DNA of 64,000 nucleotides from Thalia democratica (Eukaryota). The stretch's first letter is position 1; the number at the start of each line of letters is the position of its first letter. Position numbers and translations under genes: made by a program. Where the stretch lies: NCBI GenBank assembly GCA_965202585.1, contig OZ241832.1, forward strand, positions 36,394,001-36,458,000. Direction: 5' to 3'. Positions 12,501 to 25,000 of the stretch are shown here, in pieces. The notes beneath the pieces are model-generated. The model made no database searches. It worked only from the letters and a program-made list of their open reading frames with translations, and was not told where the DNA came from.

Positions 12501-15500
12501 GTTCAAACTAATAAGCGCTAATTCTTCTAAGCTAGTTAGTTGGATTAAAGCTACTTATACACTGTATTTATATGTATCATAACATAACACTGGATGTCCT
12601 AACTGGAATAAATTTTTCTAACACTAAATGTTTAACTTTAAAAAATGCAAACTAAAGTTTTTAATGCTTCAGAGACATATGAACTTACAGATAGCTGGTA
12701 GTTTGAAATGCGGCCATCCTCATCTCCGGAGTGACGGAACCACATGGAACCGGAATTGACGTCCTGCTGGGTCATGCGGGACACCGGGAGGGGCTGCTGA
12801 GGGTAGAAATTCGACTGGTACCTCATGTAGGACGGGTATGAATGGATCGGGGCGTCGTTCATGGTTGAACCCAGCTGCACTAGTTCACTGTTGTTTTCAT
12901 TAAAGTTTCATTTAAACTTTTTTACAATGTTTATACTAAAATATTATGCTACAAGTTATTCTTTTATTGTTTTAATAAAGTTTAATTACTGATAATAAAA
13001 TAATACATATACATATATATATATATATCAAAATGACATTTAAACTAACGCTGACGGTTTTTTGCTTTCTCCTTTTCCGTCCATGTCAAGTTCAAGTACA
13101 TACACGATTTTGCTTTTATCCTTGATGTTAGGGGCGACGGTGAGCAACTGGGCAGAAGTGACTTGAACCATTCCACCGGGACTCAAATGCAGCACATTGT
13201 TTGTGACGAGGGTCGGAGAAGTGTGCTTCTGTTAATTAAAATGTTCGTCATTTACAAGCTTCAACTTTAATTTGTCGAAACAGCGTTCAAACACTCACAT
13301 TCGGAACTATCGTGACGTGCACTGCAGCGTTTGTGACGTGGTAGCCATCGGTAATTTGCAGCATTCCGCTGTCGCTAAGCAACTGGTCGACATCAAACGA
13401 CGTCTCGTCTGTTTCTTTCCTGCTCACGTAAGCGATGACGTCACCGCTCAAATCTTCGAGCTGTTGAGTAACACCAAATAAATTATACAAGCGTGTGGCA
13501 ACAGAAATATTTGCGGTGAGCGCTATTGTAAACTTGAAAAGGTAATACGCTAATAAAGCGAGATTGAAGAGCAATATTGTGACAGAACAGTCAAACAAAA
13601 ACTGGCTATCACCGCAAAGTCTGAAAGATTTTTTTTGTCTTTACTTTTTAGAGCAAACCAGTTTATTCGTGCAGCACCGTCTCGTTGTTCAAAAGGTAAA
13701 AGTGGTAAAAACACGGCAATAAGCAATAAGCACCACACAAATTCTTTAAACTGTGAAATCTTTTATTGTATCACAAAAAAAAAAAAACTAACAGTGAAAG
13801 ATTTTACGGGGCGGCTGTAATTGGGTAATTTGACAAATTTTCCTCTGGTTGGAGAGTTCAAAACAGTAATAATAACTTGGTTTGCTGGAGTATCCTTATC
13901 TACGATGCTTATCAGATCGGATGTGAGCTTTGCTGTTTCCCCCTTGCTGTTTGAATAATTATTTGGTTATTCATTGCTTTAGCTTAAGCCTATGGGCAAC
14001 TTCGTGTGAGAATTACACTTTTCTAAATTACTTAAAAGTTCAATGATTACAGCAAAACCATAAGCTACATTAAAGAGTTTTTATCTTAAAGTTAGTTAGT
14101 AAAGTTATAACTATAAAAAGGATCTCTAATTTGTGCACTAAAAGTACACACAGTAATTTAAAATTAATCTTTTAATTTTCTAATACTTTAATTCCATAAA
14201 AAAGAGAACAGTTAATTAAAAAAAGGTTCATAAAATGCGCATTTAAACTAATAGGTTTAAATTCATTGTAACAAACAGCCCTAGACAGTTCAACTTGCTC
14301 TTTAGGGTATTTGAAACTGACCTTTGCAGTTGATTGATGTCTAGTTGTGACGTCAACGAGAGAAATACCTAAAACAAACCCAGCTCACTAAGCAGACAAC
14401 GGCTAAGAATAAGCCGAAAACTGGCCGCTGACAAAAATAGAAAACACGTGCGATTAAACAAGCGCGTCGAGAGCGAGCGTTCGCAAACGTAAATATTTAC
14501 AGAAAGCGCACAGCAGGTAGCTCGCGTGTGTACTTTTGCCAAAACTCGCGTTCACCTGACCACGACTTCTTTGTTGGCGGTTATCACCGGCGGCTCGGAA
14601 GACTCGGCCACCACCGGCACGTTGATCCGCTCGGAGTCGACGAACCCGTTGGACCTGAGCTTCAAGGCGAAAACTCCGTGCTGCAGCAGTGTGGTGTCGT
14701 CGTGAACGAAGTAAAGTTTTGGCATCTTCCAGTACGGAACCACGTTTCCGTTCTTGAGCTTTTTCTGTGAAAAAATTGAACGTTAAAGGTGTCGTTGGTT
14801 ACAGTTTTGTGTGGGAAGTTTAAAAAGTGTTTGGGTGGTCTGAAAATGTTTAAATTGCAACTTTGATTAATAGTTTTATCTTCTTTAACAATGCAGCTTT
14901 AGAATACTCTGCAATTTTCTTGTTATCTATGGAGCGCTGCAAAAAGTAATTAAGGGGTGAAGAAATTTTATAAAAAGCGCATTTTTGCACCTTACAGTTA
15001 CATCAGCTGTCAAAAGCATTCCAGCGAAATCGCGCCGGAAACGCTACATAAAGGCCCTGTGACGTCACATTGTTGTTTTAAGGGAGATTGTTGCCGCTCT
15101 GGAAACTGAGCAAACATCGGGATTTTTAATTTAATTCAACGGCACAATGACAAGTGATAACAACACAAATTCCCGCTTGTTTTAAAATAGAACTTTGTCC
15201 ACAATGAAACGTCAACAATAAATTCTATAGAATTGGGATTGGTTTGTTAAAAACGAGAAATTCCAAACAAATCTTTTGTTCGGGCTGCAAACGAATTTTT
15301 TTGTGTCTATAAATAATTTTTGGGTAAATAACAACACACAATTAACAACGGTTAAATATTTGCACATTTGCGTATTACGTTCACCATGTTAAATTTTTCA
15401 AATATCTCAAAAATCAAGCGATTGAACTTGCCACTGCGTTTTACAGCAGACGGCAGTTTCATAGCTGTGAGGTAAACTTGACCAAACAACACTCCCATTT

Positions 15501-16032
15501 TCGGCAAGGTGAGGAAAAAACTTGTTTAAAGTTGGCGAAAAATGTGCATGACGTCACAATATATTTGCGACCGAGCATTCCCTTGGATTAATTGTCACAA
15601 CAAGTTTTTCAGAATGAGTTTAAAAGTTTGTGACTTTACGGCAAATATAAGTTAAAACAGTAATTTCACACCCTAGCATGTCTCTTATGTAGTCTACAGC
15701 GAATATTAAAAATAAATTCAAATCTTTTTATGGAAAAATACAAGTGAAAAAATTTAAAAATAAAACAAAGTGAAACTTGTGCCAATAATGAGGTTTTGTA
15801 TATTCAATTTTCTTACAGTAATTCAAAAAATAATCTCACAGTAAAAACATTTGTTGCTAACCTTGTCCATTTCTAGCCATCCGTTTACAGGCTGCATTAC
15901 TAACTGAATTTTCAATCCATTTCTGTAATGTGCCCTTTTTGGAACATTTATGACATCACTTAGGCTAACACGTGATCCAACTCCAACAACAAGTGGCCCA
16001 TTGATGGAAAAATTACGCATTCTCCGTTGGTG
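516..16032 (-). other. FRAS1: FRAS1 CSPG/cadherin-like repeat block (11 units in window)
   Basis: Repeated L-x-V-x-x-G...IT...L-x-x-x-D-x-D...P-x-x-G...FTxxDI...Y-x-H pattern, e.g. IVKNSGIRVQEGVKKTISEFQLKAVDADTNSNEVNFFITSQPRHG...FTMSDIYNNIISYRHDG. Confidence 0.88.
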
Positions 16033-19000
16033 CTGAAATTATTTTACTAACAATTTTATGTGTAACTTTATAAAAAAAATTGATTTATAATAACACAACA
16101 CACACTTCTACTGTATAAACACAAACATAAAAACACAGCCTAGGTTTTATAGCTTTGTATCGAATAAATTTTGTATATGGAAATAAAATTCAGTCAATAA
16201 TTATTAGTAACTAATTTTCAATAAAAGCCAAAAAGTATTTATATAAATCCAATAAAGTACAATAGTCTTTACCTCACAAATTCTAGTAAGAACGTTCGAG
16301 TATTGGTCTGCATTGCATTTTCTCTTACAAGGCGTAGACCTTGTCGCAAGTTGTTGTAAATCTAAACAAAATTTAGCTGAATTTATCACCATATAGTGAT
16401 CAATAATAATAGTTTTTTTCATTTAGAATGTCACTAAAAACACCTGTAATCACAGAAAGTGCATGGTACATTCAAAAAAACTTTTGACAAATGACAATTA
16501 CTATCAAGTAATAAAATAATACAGAAATTAGTTTATGTTTTAAGCTAAAATGTTTCGAAACTTTATTAAAGGTAAAAAATTCTAATTTAATTTTTAATAA
16601 AACTGAGCAAAACAGAAAAAAAATTTAAGTTTTAAAGATTGAATAACCTTCAGCGTTAATTATGGGCTAGGTAACTAAAGCTGTCATAGAAAAAGGACAT
16701 TACTAATTTAAACAAACTAATTGTAAAGCAATTAATTTAATTAAAAATTTGTAAAGCTGCAATTAACCTTTGGACTGCTCAAAATTTTTCTTATGTGACT
16801 AAGTATCAAGTCTAAGTATGAGTAACAAGCTAAATTGAAACTTTTAAATTTGTAATTAGCGCAATACACTCAACTTTCTCACAACCTCAATAGTGACAAG
16901 ATAATTGTAAATTAAATGGGTTAGGTTGTAGTTTGCAAACTATGCTAGAAAGCGTAAACTTTAATTTAAGCTTTTGTTTGTTTACAAACTGCACGCTGCT
17001 AAACTTTGCAACGACTTAAATTGTAATACTTTAGTTTGCTTCAGTTAGTAAGTTTTGGTCAACATCAAAAAAATATTTTAATTTAGAAGCCTTTAAATCG
17101 TCTTTAGACTTAAGTTTCAAAAGTTACAATTAGTTCAGAGCTTAAGGTGTAAAGCTGGTAGCAGTAAAAATGCTTTAAATACAAAAAATTATAAGTAATG
17201 CAGGTGTTATTTTATGAAACTGAGTTTAACTGTGAAATGCTTTGTTTGCTTTAAACAGCATAGTAAAAGTTTAAGTAGATTTACTTCAACAGTATTTAAA
17301 ATTTATTACTATAACTTAGTGTTAAGAAAAATTTTGGTAAAAAATTCTCTGAACTTTTTTTGAAAAACTTTTGATATAAAACTTTTTAAGTAAAACACCT
17401 TTTAAAATAGTTTCAGCTCCCAACACATAATATTAAAACAAGCATTGTTTTAAAGCATTAAAATAACTAAACAAGAATGCTCTTAGAAACAACAAGGTGA
17501 TAAAGCTAATTAAGTGCTATTTTCGTTAAGTGAAAACTGCCAAAAACATTTTCGTGCAGCTCAGTAATCTATTAATGAGTTTGGGCGAAAACATTGAGTA
17601 GCTCCTTGTGAAAACACAAGCGTTCGGTTTACGACGCTCACCTGCAGTAGTTGTGTTTGGCTGAAGGAAGGTTTTCGCGTCGCACTGCAAACACGAATGC
17701 CTGTCCGAGCACTGCAGGCAGTTTTGAGGGCAGTCGCGGCAAGATCTCCACGTTTCGTCGGCGAACATCGACCTCGGGCATGCGATGACACATTTTGATT
17801 CTGAAATTAATGGAATGATATTTAAAAAAAAGTGCTTTAATCTAAAAAGCTGCACGTACGTTCAAAGTGACAGGCTCAATGGAAAATTAAATTTTAAAGT
17901 TGTTTCTGCGTTTTTGTTTAACTTCATTTTCCCACGAACGCAAAGTTTTATTTCGAATTCCGGTAAAGAGAAAAACTAAGCTATTTGATTTGCCAACTGA
18001 ACAAAGGCAAAATATTTTATTCAGCAACAAACATGATGAATTGAGTACCCGGTATTATTGTAATCGAGCACTCGGGTCCGCTCAACTATTTGCTACAACG
18101 TCACTTGGGCATGTTGGGTCTTTTCACCGCGCGCACTCATCACACACTTACGACCGTGACGTCATAATAGATGTTCGAGTGCGCGCTCAGTTTCGACGTT
18201 GTGCTTTTTGTAGCAGTTATTTTTTTTCTGTCTTAGCGCCGCTGTTTTGATATCTTGCGCGCTTTTGAAGGTTTCAGGCGTCACAAAACAGTTGCTTGTA
18301 GCGAATTAGCGTCGCAAGTCTTTTTGATGTCCCATTCACGGCTTACAGAACGTAGATTGCGGCTGGCGCACTGGAAAGTGAAGACTGGCGGCGTTTCGTG
18401 CGCGCGTTTGTTTTGATAGCAGATGGGCCACTAAAAACTACAGCGCTTTGAGTAATGGCTTCGTTTGACTACTTTAGCGTGGCGATGCGGAGAGGAAACA
18501 GAATGCATGGAATTTGTTGTTCAGCCACCGTACTTTCAAATGAAAAAAAAAGTCATTTGTTACTTTTGTGCTGACAAACGGGCATCGGAGCGCCGTGTGT
18601 TTAAAGCCAGATAAGTGGCGACTGCGGGCGCCCGGTGCAGCCCTCCTTCAAAAGCACTTAAAAGCATGAAACCCGGTTGAACTCACCGTGGAGAAAGTAC
18701 TGGTTTTTGCACAGCGTGCACGCACCGGCGCCGGAGCACTGCTGGCAGTTGGCGTCGCTGCACGGCAGGCAGGTCATTCCCGATGTCGAGGCGTAGAATC
18801 CTGTTTAGATTAAAAATGTTATCTACGTTTGAGTTTTTCAATTTTTCAGATTGAAACAGTAAAAGTTTTATGGTTTGTCGGAGATTTTATTTAGATTCAT
18901 GTTTGCTTTTATTGATTAATAAATTAAGATGAATGCAAGAAAAGCATTACCAGGTGAACATTTGGCCACACAGTTTCCGTTTTGCAGTAAATGACCCTCC

Positions 19001-22000
19001 ATGCACTCTAAGCACTGGTCTTTGTTGGGTCCTGAGCACTTCATGCAGCTCCAATCGCAAGCCTTGCAAACTGCGTTCTCGCCATCTCTAATACCTGGTA
19101 AATAGAATAGTATTTTTTAAATTTATGTACTACTTTAATTAAAAAACAACAGTTAATAATTTTGTACAATTGTTATTGCAAAATGTTTAAAAATATTTAA
19201 AGTAAAAAACGCGTATATAGTTCCAGACAACAGTAGAAGTAATCAAATGTCTGTTTTAAGTGAAAGTCAGCCACAAATAGCCGTATTAGCATAAACTCCC
19301 ACAAAAAGTAAGGAAAAACCCTTCTTTTGATAAGAAATACAAGAAAATAAATCAAAAATTTACCTCAAAATATCTAAATGATTTATAAAATTTTATCAGT
19401 TTAACACTGCTACAGATAATTTGTTACGGTAGCTACATTATTGTTATTTATTAAAATATTTATGTCTCGACTAAAAAGAATTTGTTTTAAAATAGAGATA
19501 ACTTCATCCGGGTCGATTAATTAATTTAATTTCGACTCCTCAATAAACTTAAGGCAAACAATAGCATATTGTTTGCAACGAAACTTAAGTTTATTGAGCT
19601 TACTTCATTATACAAATGCAAACTAAAACAGACAAAAATTAACAACAAGTTGCTTAAAACTTCGAAAACATTTTAATTTGCCGTTTCGATAATGAAGGTG
19701 TGTTTCCGCTGCTGCAAACCAAAGTATTTACCTAAATTGCTTTGCTCGAAATTTAAGTTCATAGTGTTGCAACAAAACCTTTGTTGTCGGCGTAGAACTG
19801 GCTCACGCACTCCGAAACGCACTCTCCGATCTGAACGACCGCTCCGGGATCTCGGCAGCTCGTGCACGTGACGCTTTCGCTCACGTCGTCCAATCGGCAG
19901 CTCGCACAGTTCCGCGGACACTTGACGCAGCTTCCACCTTCGAGAAATATTTATGATAAAATGTATAAAAACTTTTATATGAGCTTACAATTGATCGAAA
20001 TCGTTTGACAGATCTTGAATTTAAGATTTGAGCTGTCACAGTAGCGTAAACTAGTGTATTGAAACCTTGATATTTTTCCGCGGTTATGCAACGCCTACTG
20101 TATGTTTTTTCACACATGGCTTGGAAAACACTAAAGCATACTTTAAATGTATTCGAAACGCAAAATTCCTGTGTTACAACAAGGCGGTTTACCGCAGGTC
20201 AACTAGACACTTATTAATAACTTATTATGATAATACGGCTGGCTTAGTGGTGGCTTCTAAGTACACATGACAATGTGCATGAAAAAGCTCCCGCTCAAAT
20301 ACCAGTAATCGGCAATGCAAACAATTGTGACGTATGTAACACCACTTCACGCCGGTTGTTATAGTAACAAAACTTTTTAAATATTTGATCCATTGTGATT
20401 TTCCAGCTAAAAGGTGCATGTTTATATAATCGCCTTTTTGTAAATGAACGCTAGGAATGTGACGGATTACGGAAACTAGAGGTGAGCTTAAGAATGCGGA
20501 TAAGTAAAACAAAGTTAAGTGTATACCTGTTAGCGGTTTGTAAAATCCGAATTCGCACTTCTCAACACATTTGGATGTTACCATGGAAACCGCGTAACCC
20601 TCTTTACATCGGTTACATTTCGACAAATCCGAGCAAGACTCGCAGTTGTCGGGGCAAGCGGCGCAGACACGGGTGTTTCCATTTTGTAGTGACTGAAAAG
20701 TAAATAATTTGATAAATAATGATAATGTAAACATTTTAATGATAAGTTTAAAGTTGGTTTCCGATATTCTAAGCTATTTTTTAAAGGCGTTTTTAACTTA
20801 AGATTTAAAAATTATCATAATAGTCGTCAGTTTCAAATAAAAACAAAGTAATTATAAAATTCAAACATGTGTCATTTATTTAAATTGCACAGTACATTTA
20901 GTTTGAAAGCACATCAAGAAATCATAAACAAGCACGCTTCGGTAATGATAAAATTTAAAAAAGTGTCTTAATTGATCTCATTTGAAATCTGATAGTATTC
21001 ATGAAAGAAAATCATTTACAAACTAACGTCAGTTACTATTTGTCGTAAACAAGAGACGACGGAATCCCATTATTTTGTTTACGCGTTCAATGATTTTAAA
21101 ACAAATAAACAGACACGTCAGTAAACAGACAAAAAAAACACTTTAATTTTCTCTACGGTTCGAAACATCGTGCTGAAACTTCAAAGCAACTCACAAGTTC
21201 GCAACTGCCCATGGGGCATTCGTCTGTGCACGAACCGTCCGATAAAACGGTCAATTTGTCGCGACAACTTCTCACTGCAGTTGCATTGACGCAGTGTTCC
21301 CATTCGTTACCAGTTGCTCCCACGCATTCTTCTCGCGACACGCACAACCCGGGTCGTCCCGCTGATGTCATTTCAACAACTTCACCTTCGGCGCACGAGG
21401 AGCACGAACCGGGTCCTGTGCAGGCCTCGCAAGTTGTGTCGCAACCTTGAAAATTTATTTTTTTGCTTACAATGTATATTTTTTTAAACTTAAATTTTAG
21501 AGAACTTTAAAATAGTACTATTGCATATATTCCACAATGTATATACTAAATATTATTTTGTCGTGTTAATAACATTTCACTGATTCTATGAAACTTTTAA
21601 AACCAACTTTTGCAAACTCCGTTTTGAACAAACTTGTGCGACCCGCACTCTCCAACACAAGTACCGTAACCAACGTCTTCGTCCAACGGGCTCAAAAATT
21701 CCAAGGGGTCGTGGCACAGTTGGCACTGGTCGGAACTCGGTCCAACGCACGACCTGCACGACCGGTGGCAGCCTGCAAATTAAACACAGTTTGAAAATTC
21801 TGGTCACAGCCAATTTTACGCTCTGTATTCGTCACACTGCGCTAATTTAGTCGGCCGCGCTGCACCGAGGTGATTTATCGGGTTTTGAGCCGGCCGAGAT
21901 TACAGGTCGTTAATCAAACGCGCTTCCGAACGTGATTGCGCGGCATTTCGTGACGCGGCGGAAGTTTTTTGTGAAATCTCTTTTTTCGCGTGTTTGTCGA

Positions 22001-25000
22001 AGTGGAAGCCGGCTCGAACATCGATCACGCGGCAGGCTGTGCCTGTGGGGTCGCCGCTTGATGATGAATTTGAATAAACACTTTTTGTGACTTTCAATGC
22101 GCTCAGTCGTACTTTTGAATTCGAGTTTTGTAGAGTTTCAAGTTAAATATAATTTTTTTAGTAGATTGGTTTAATTTATTTGAAAAAAATCAGCAATGCC
22201 GCTTGTTTTAAAAGTTTTTTTCTAATTTAATCATAAACGTACAAAACAAAATTAACCGAAAAGCAATATTAATAACCATAAACGTAGCTCGTAAAAAGGC
22301 TAGTCTAAACAAAGTTTCGACATGCAGCCGATGACATAAAAAACAACTGTTTTAACAGCACATGTACGCGCGCTACAAAGTATCAAATGGAAAAGGGAGG
22401 TAAGACGCAGATGAAAGCTTTTCTGTTGCGCAATTCGTCGAATTCCAATCGCGTGTGCTAAAGAACCGATTTGTTTTCATCCGCCTGGGCAACTTCTCGA
22501 AAATACTTTCTTCGTTTGCTCGCAACACTTCTAGTTGGCAGGCACCAGCAAATTAATTACCTGCTTCCAAGCGCACTCTTGATTCCTGGCGCCTGTAATA
22601 AACCTGACGCTGCCAATTTCAAACGCCGTTTCGCCGAAAATCCCCCGCTGATAAGTAATATTAATCAAAAAATTCAATACTGTAACTTGTTTAATGAGCA
22701 CCGTTTAATTTCACGCCAAATACCGAGTTTCAATTTGAATTCCGCAGCCCCCTTTTGAACGATTGTTTTGATTGATGCCTTGGTAATTGCAAAAGTTACG
22801 CGTACTGAACTTTCGAATATACATTTCGCGTATGAGTAATGAGCCTCCTTTTCAAACAATGGCAGTTAAGTTGATGAAATTGAGAAAGTAGCAAGCTCAA
22901 GTGCAGGCTTGAAAGCGAGGCGTCTCAGGTGATTGAAGCGAGCAAAACATGGATCTTAAAATACTTGACTTTGTTATCAAACATAACAAGTTTTCAACGT
23001 CGCACAGATTAATGCGTTTTTGAATTCGCCGACGGTAGGTAAATAAAAAGGTCAAACATCTTGAAATCAACCTTTTGTGCTTTTTATTTGATAAACTGTG
23101 AGAACCGGAAACACCGCGCCGATTTCGTCAAACTTTGAAAACGTTTTTGGAAAAAAAATACTTTAAAAGTTCGCATAGTCAAATAGTTTGAAACCGAACG
23201 AAAAGTCACGTGGTGCACTAAAAAAACAGTTTCTTACTTCTGCATGTCTTTGTGACGTCATCGGCGTAGCGGCCAGGTGGGCACTTTCTGAGGCAAGTGT
23301 TCTGATGGAGGTATAGTCCGGTTGCGCACGAGGAGCAAGACGATTGGTCAGAAGTCGAGCATGAACTGCACGATGCATGGCACTCTGTTGATAAGTTTTA
23401 TAATGTAAGCTTACTTGTTAATAAAATATTCATTTAATACGACACACTCTTTGTTTATAAGCTGAATTAGTTATCTTAACTTTAGGTATTTTCTCTAAAT
23501 TGCTGCTGTGTTTGGTTGTTAAACAAGCGATTTTGGTGCTGTTATACTTAATTATAAACGTTAATATGTTATAAACTTCTTAAATTATGCGCTTAAAAAT
23601 GTTTTGAAAATACTTCTCAAGTTTTTCGACGCCGTTTAGAACTTTAGCAAAAAAACGTAACAGAATGATTTTAAATGCGCACATTATATCCCACAATTTT
23701 TTTTTCACGAGAGTTAAATAAAAAATTCTATTGTCTCCCGAGCTTCGAAAGCAAACCTTAAAATAGAAAAGCCAGACACCCATAATTTCGGGCATTTCGC
23801 GTTGAAACATTCGAGGAATGACATTAAACTGAGAGCGACATTGAGGATTTTCGGTCAAGCATGGCCGATAACAGCTCATTACGGGGCTGTGATCTGCAGG
23901 TTGCTCTGATTACCGCGAAGCGATGCGTGAAAAAAATAAAAAGTGTTGAAAAAAAACTCACTGGCGCAGCGCAGTATGGATATTTTGAACCAGCCGGGCG
24001 AGCAGGCGCCGACGCAAAGTCCGTCTTGGAGGAGGTGGCCGAGGGGGCAGGTGGCGCAGGTTTTGTGGTCGCTCGAGCAGGTGGCGCACGACGGGTGGCA
24101 AGCTGTGGAGAAGAAATTAATCGCATTAAGGGTTTAATGTAGCTTATAAGCTGAAAGTATCAAAGTTAGAGTAATTGGTTATCCAAACGCTCTAAGGTTT
24201 GAGCAATCAATTAACTGGCAAGGTGGTTTAATTTCTCTTAAATTTTATTTGTGCTCTGCAGTTTTTTGATTAATTTTTTGCAACTCACCGACGCAGGTGC
24301 CGTTCAAATGAATGAACTTGTCGCCGCACTGGCCGACGCAAGTTCCCTGCTGTATTATGTGGGTCGACTTGCGACACTTCACACATTCCCCTCTGCCGTT
24401 GCACTGCTCGCAGTTCTTCTGACAAGCTGTAAGTTAACTTGTGTTAGTTTGTTGGCCTAATTAAGTTTAAAATGTTACATCTGATTTTAATTAAAATAAA
24501 CTTTTGAGGTTTTTTTGTTGTATGGTGTTTCGTTTTTTTGTTTAATAATAGCGTATAAACTTAAAACCGATTTATATAAAAGTATACTTTAAGTATGTTT
24601 GTTACATTAAGTTAAAATTGATACAATATAGTTATGCTTTAAAATACACTTATTAATTAAATAACATAATTAATTAACTTAAAATATATACAGCTTTATA
24701 AAAACAGCATGCGAAATCACGAGTTCACAACTTTTAATTCAAACTAATTAGTTTCACACAACTTCACACTAACGAATGCAGTGTCCACTGCTCAAGTAGT
24801 GTCCTGGATGGCAACCTTCTACGCACATGCCGTCCTCGAGGACGAGGGATGGTTTGCACGACGTGCACTGTCCCAAATACTGGCAACTGGCACATCCTTC
24901 GCCGCAACCTGCAGTTATTTGAAAAAAATGTAAGCGCACTTGTTAGCGATGTTACGAACATAAGTGTAACTGTTGCCTTCTTGTTCGTCGTTGAACTGTT

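Noticed and set aside
14322-14368. 47-nt exon-like segment with good splice sites (GISLVDVTTRHQSTAK in one frame)
   Set aside because: Phase-incompatible with the flanking exons, which already join perfectly; inclusion gives a stop. No support beyond motif match.
18021-18144. Possible intronic C/D-box snoRNA (GTGATGA...CTGA on the minus strand) with weak internal hairpin
   Set aside because: No terminal stem and no recognisable rRNA/snRNA guide.
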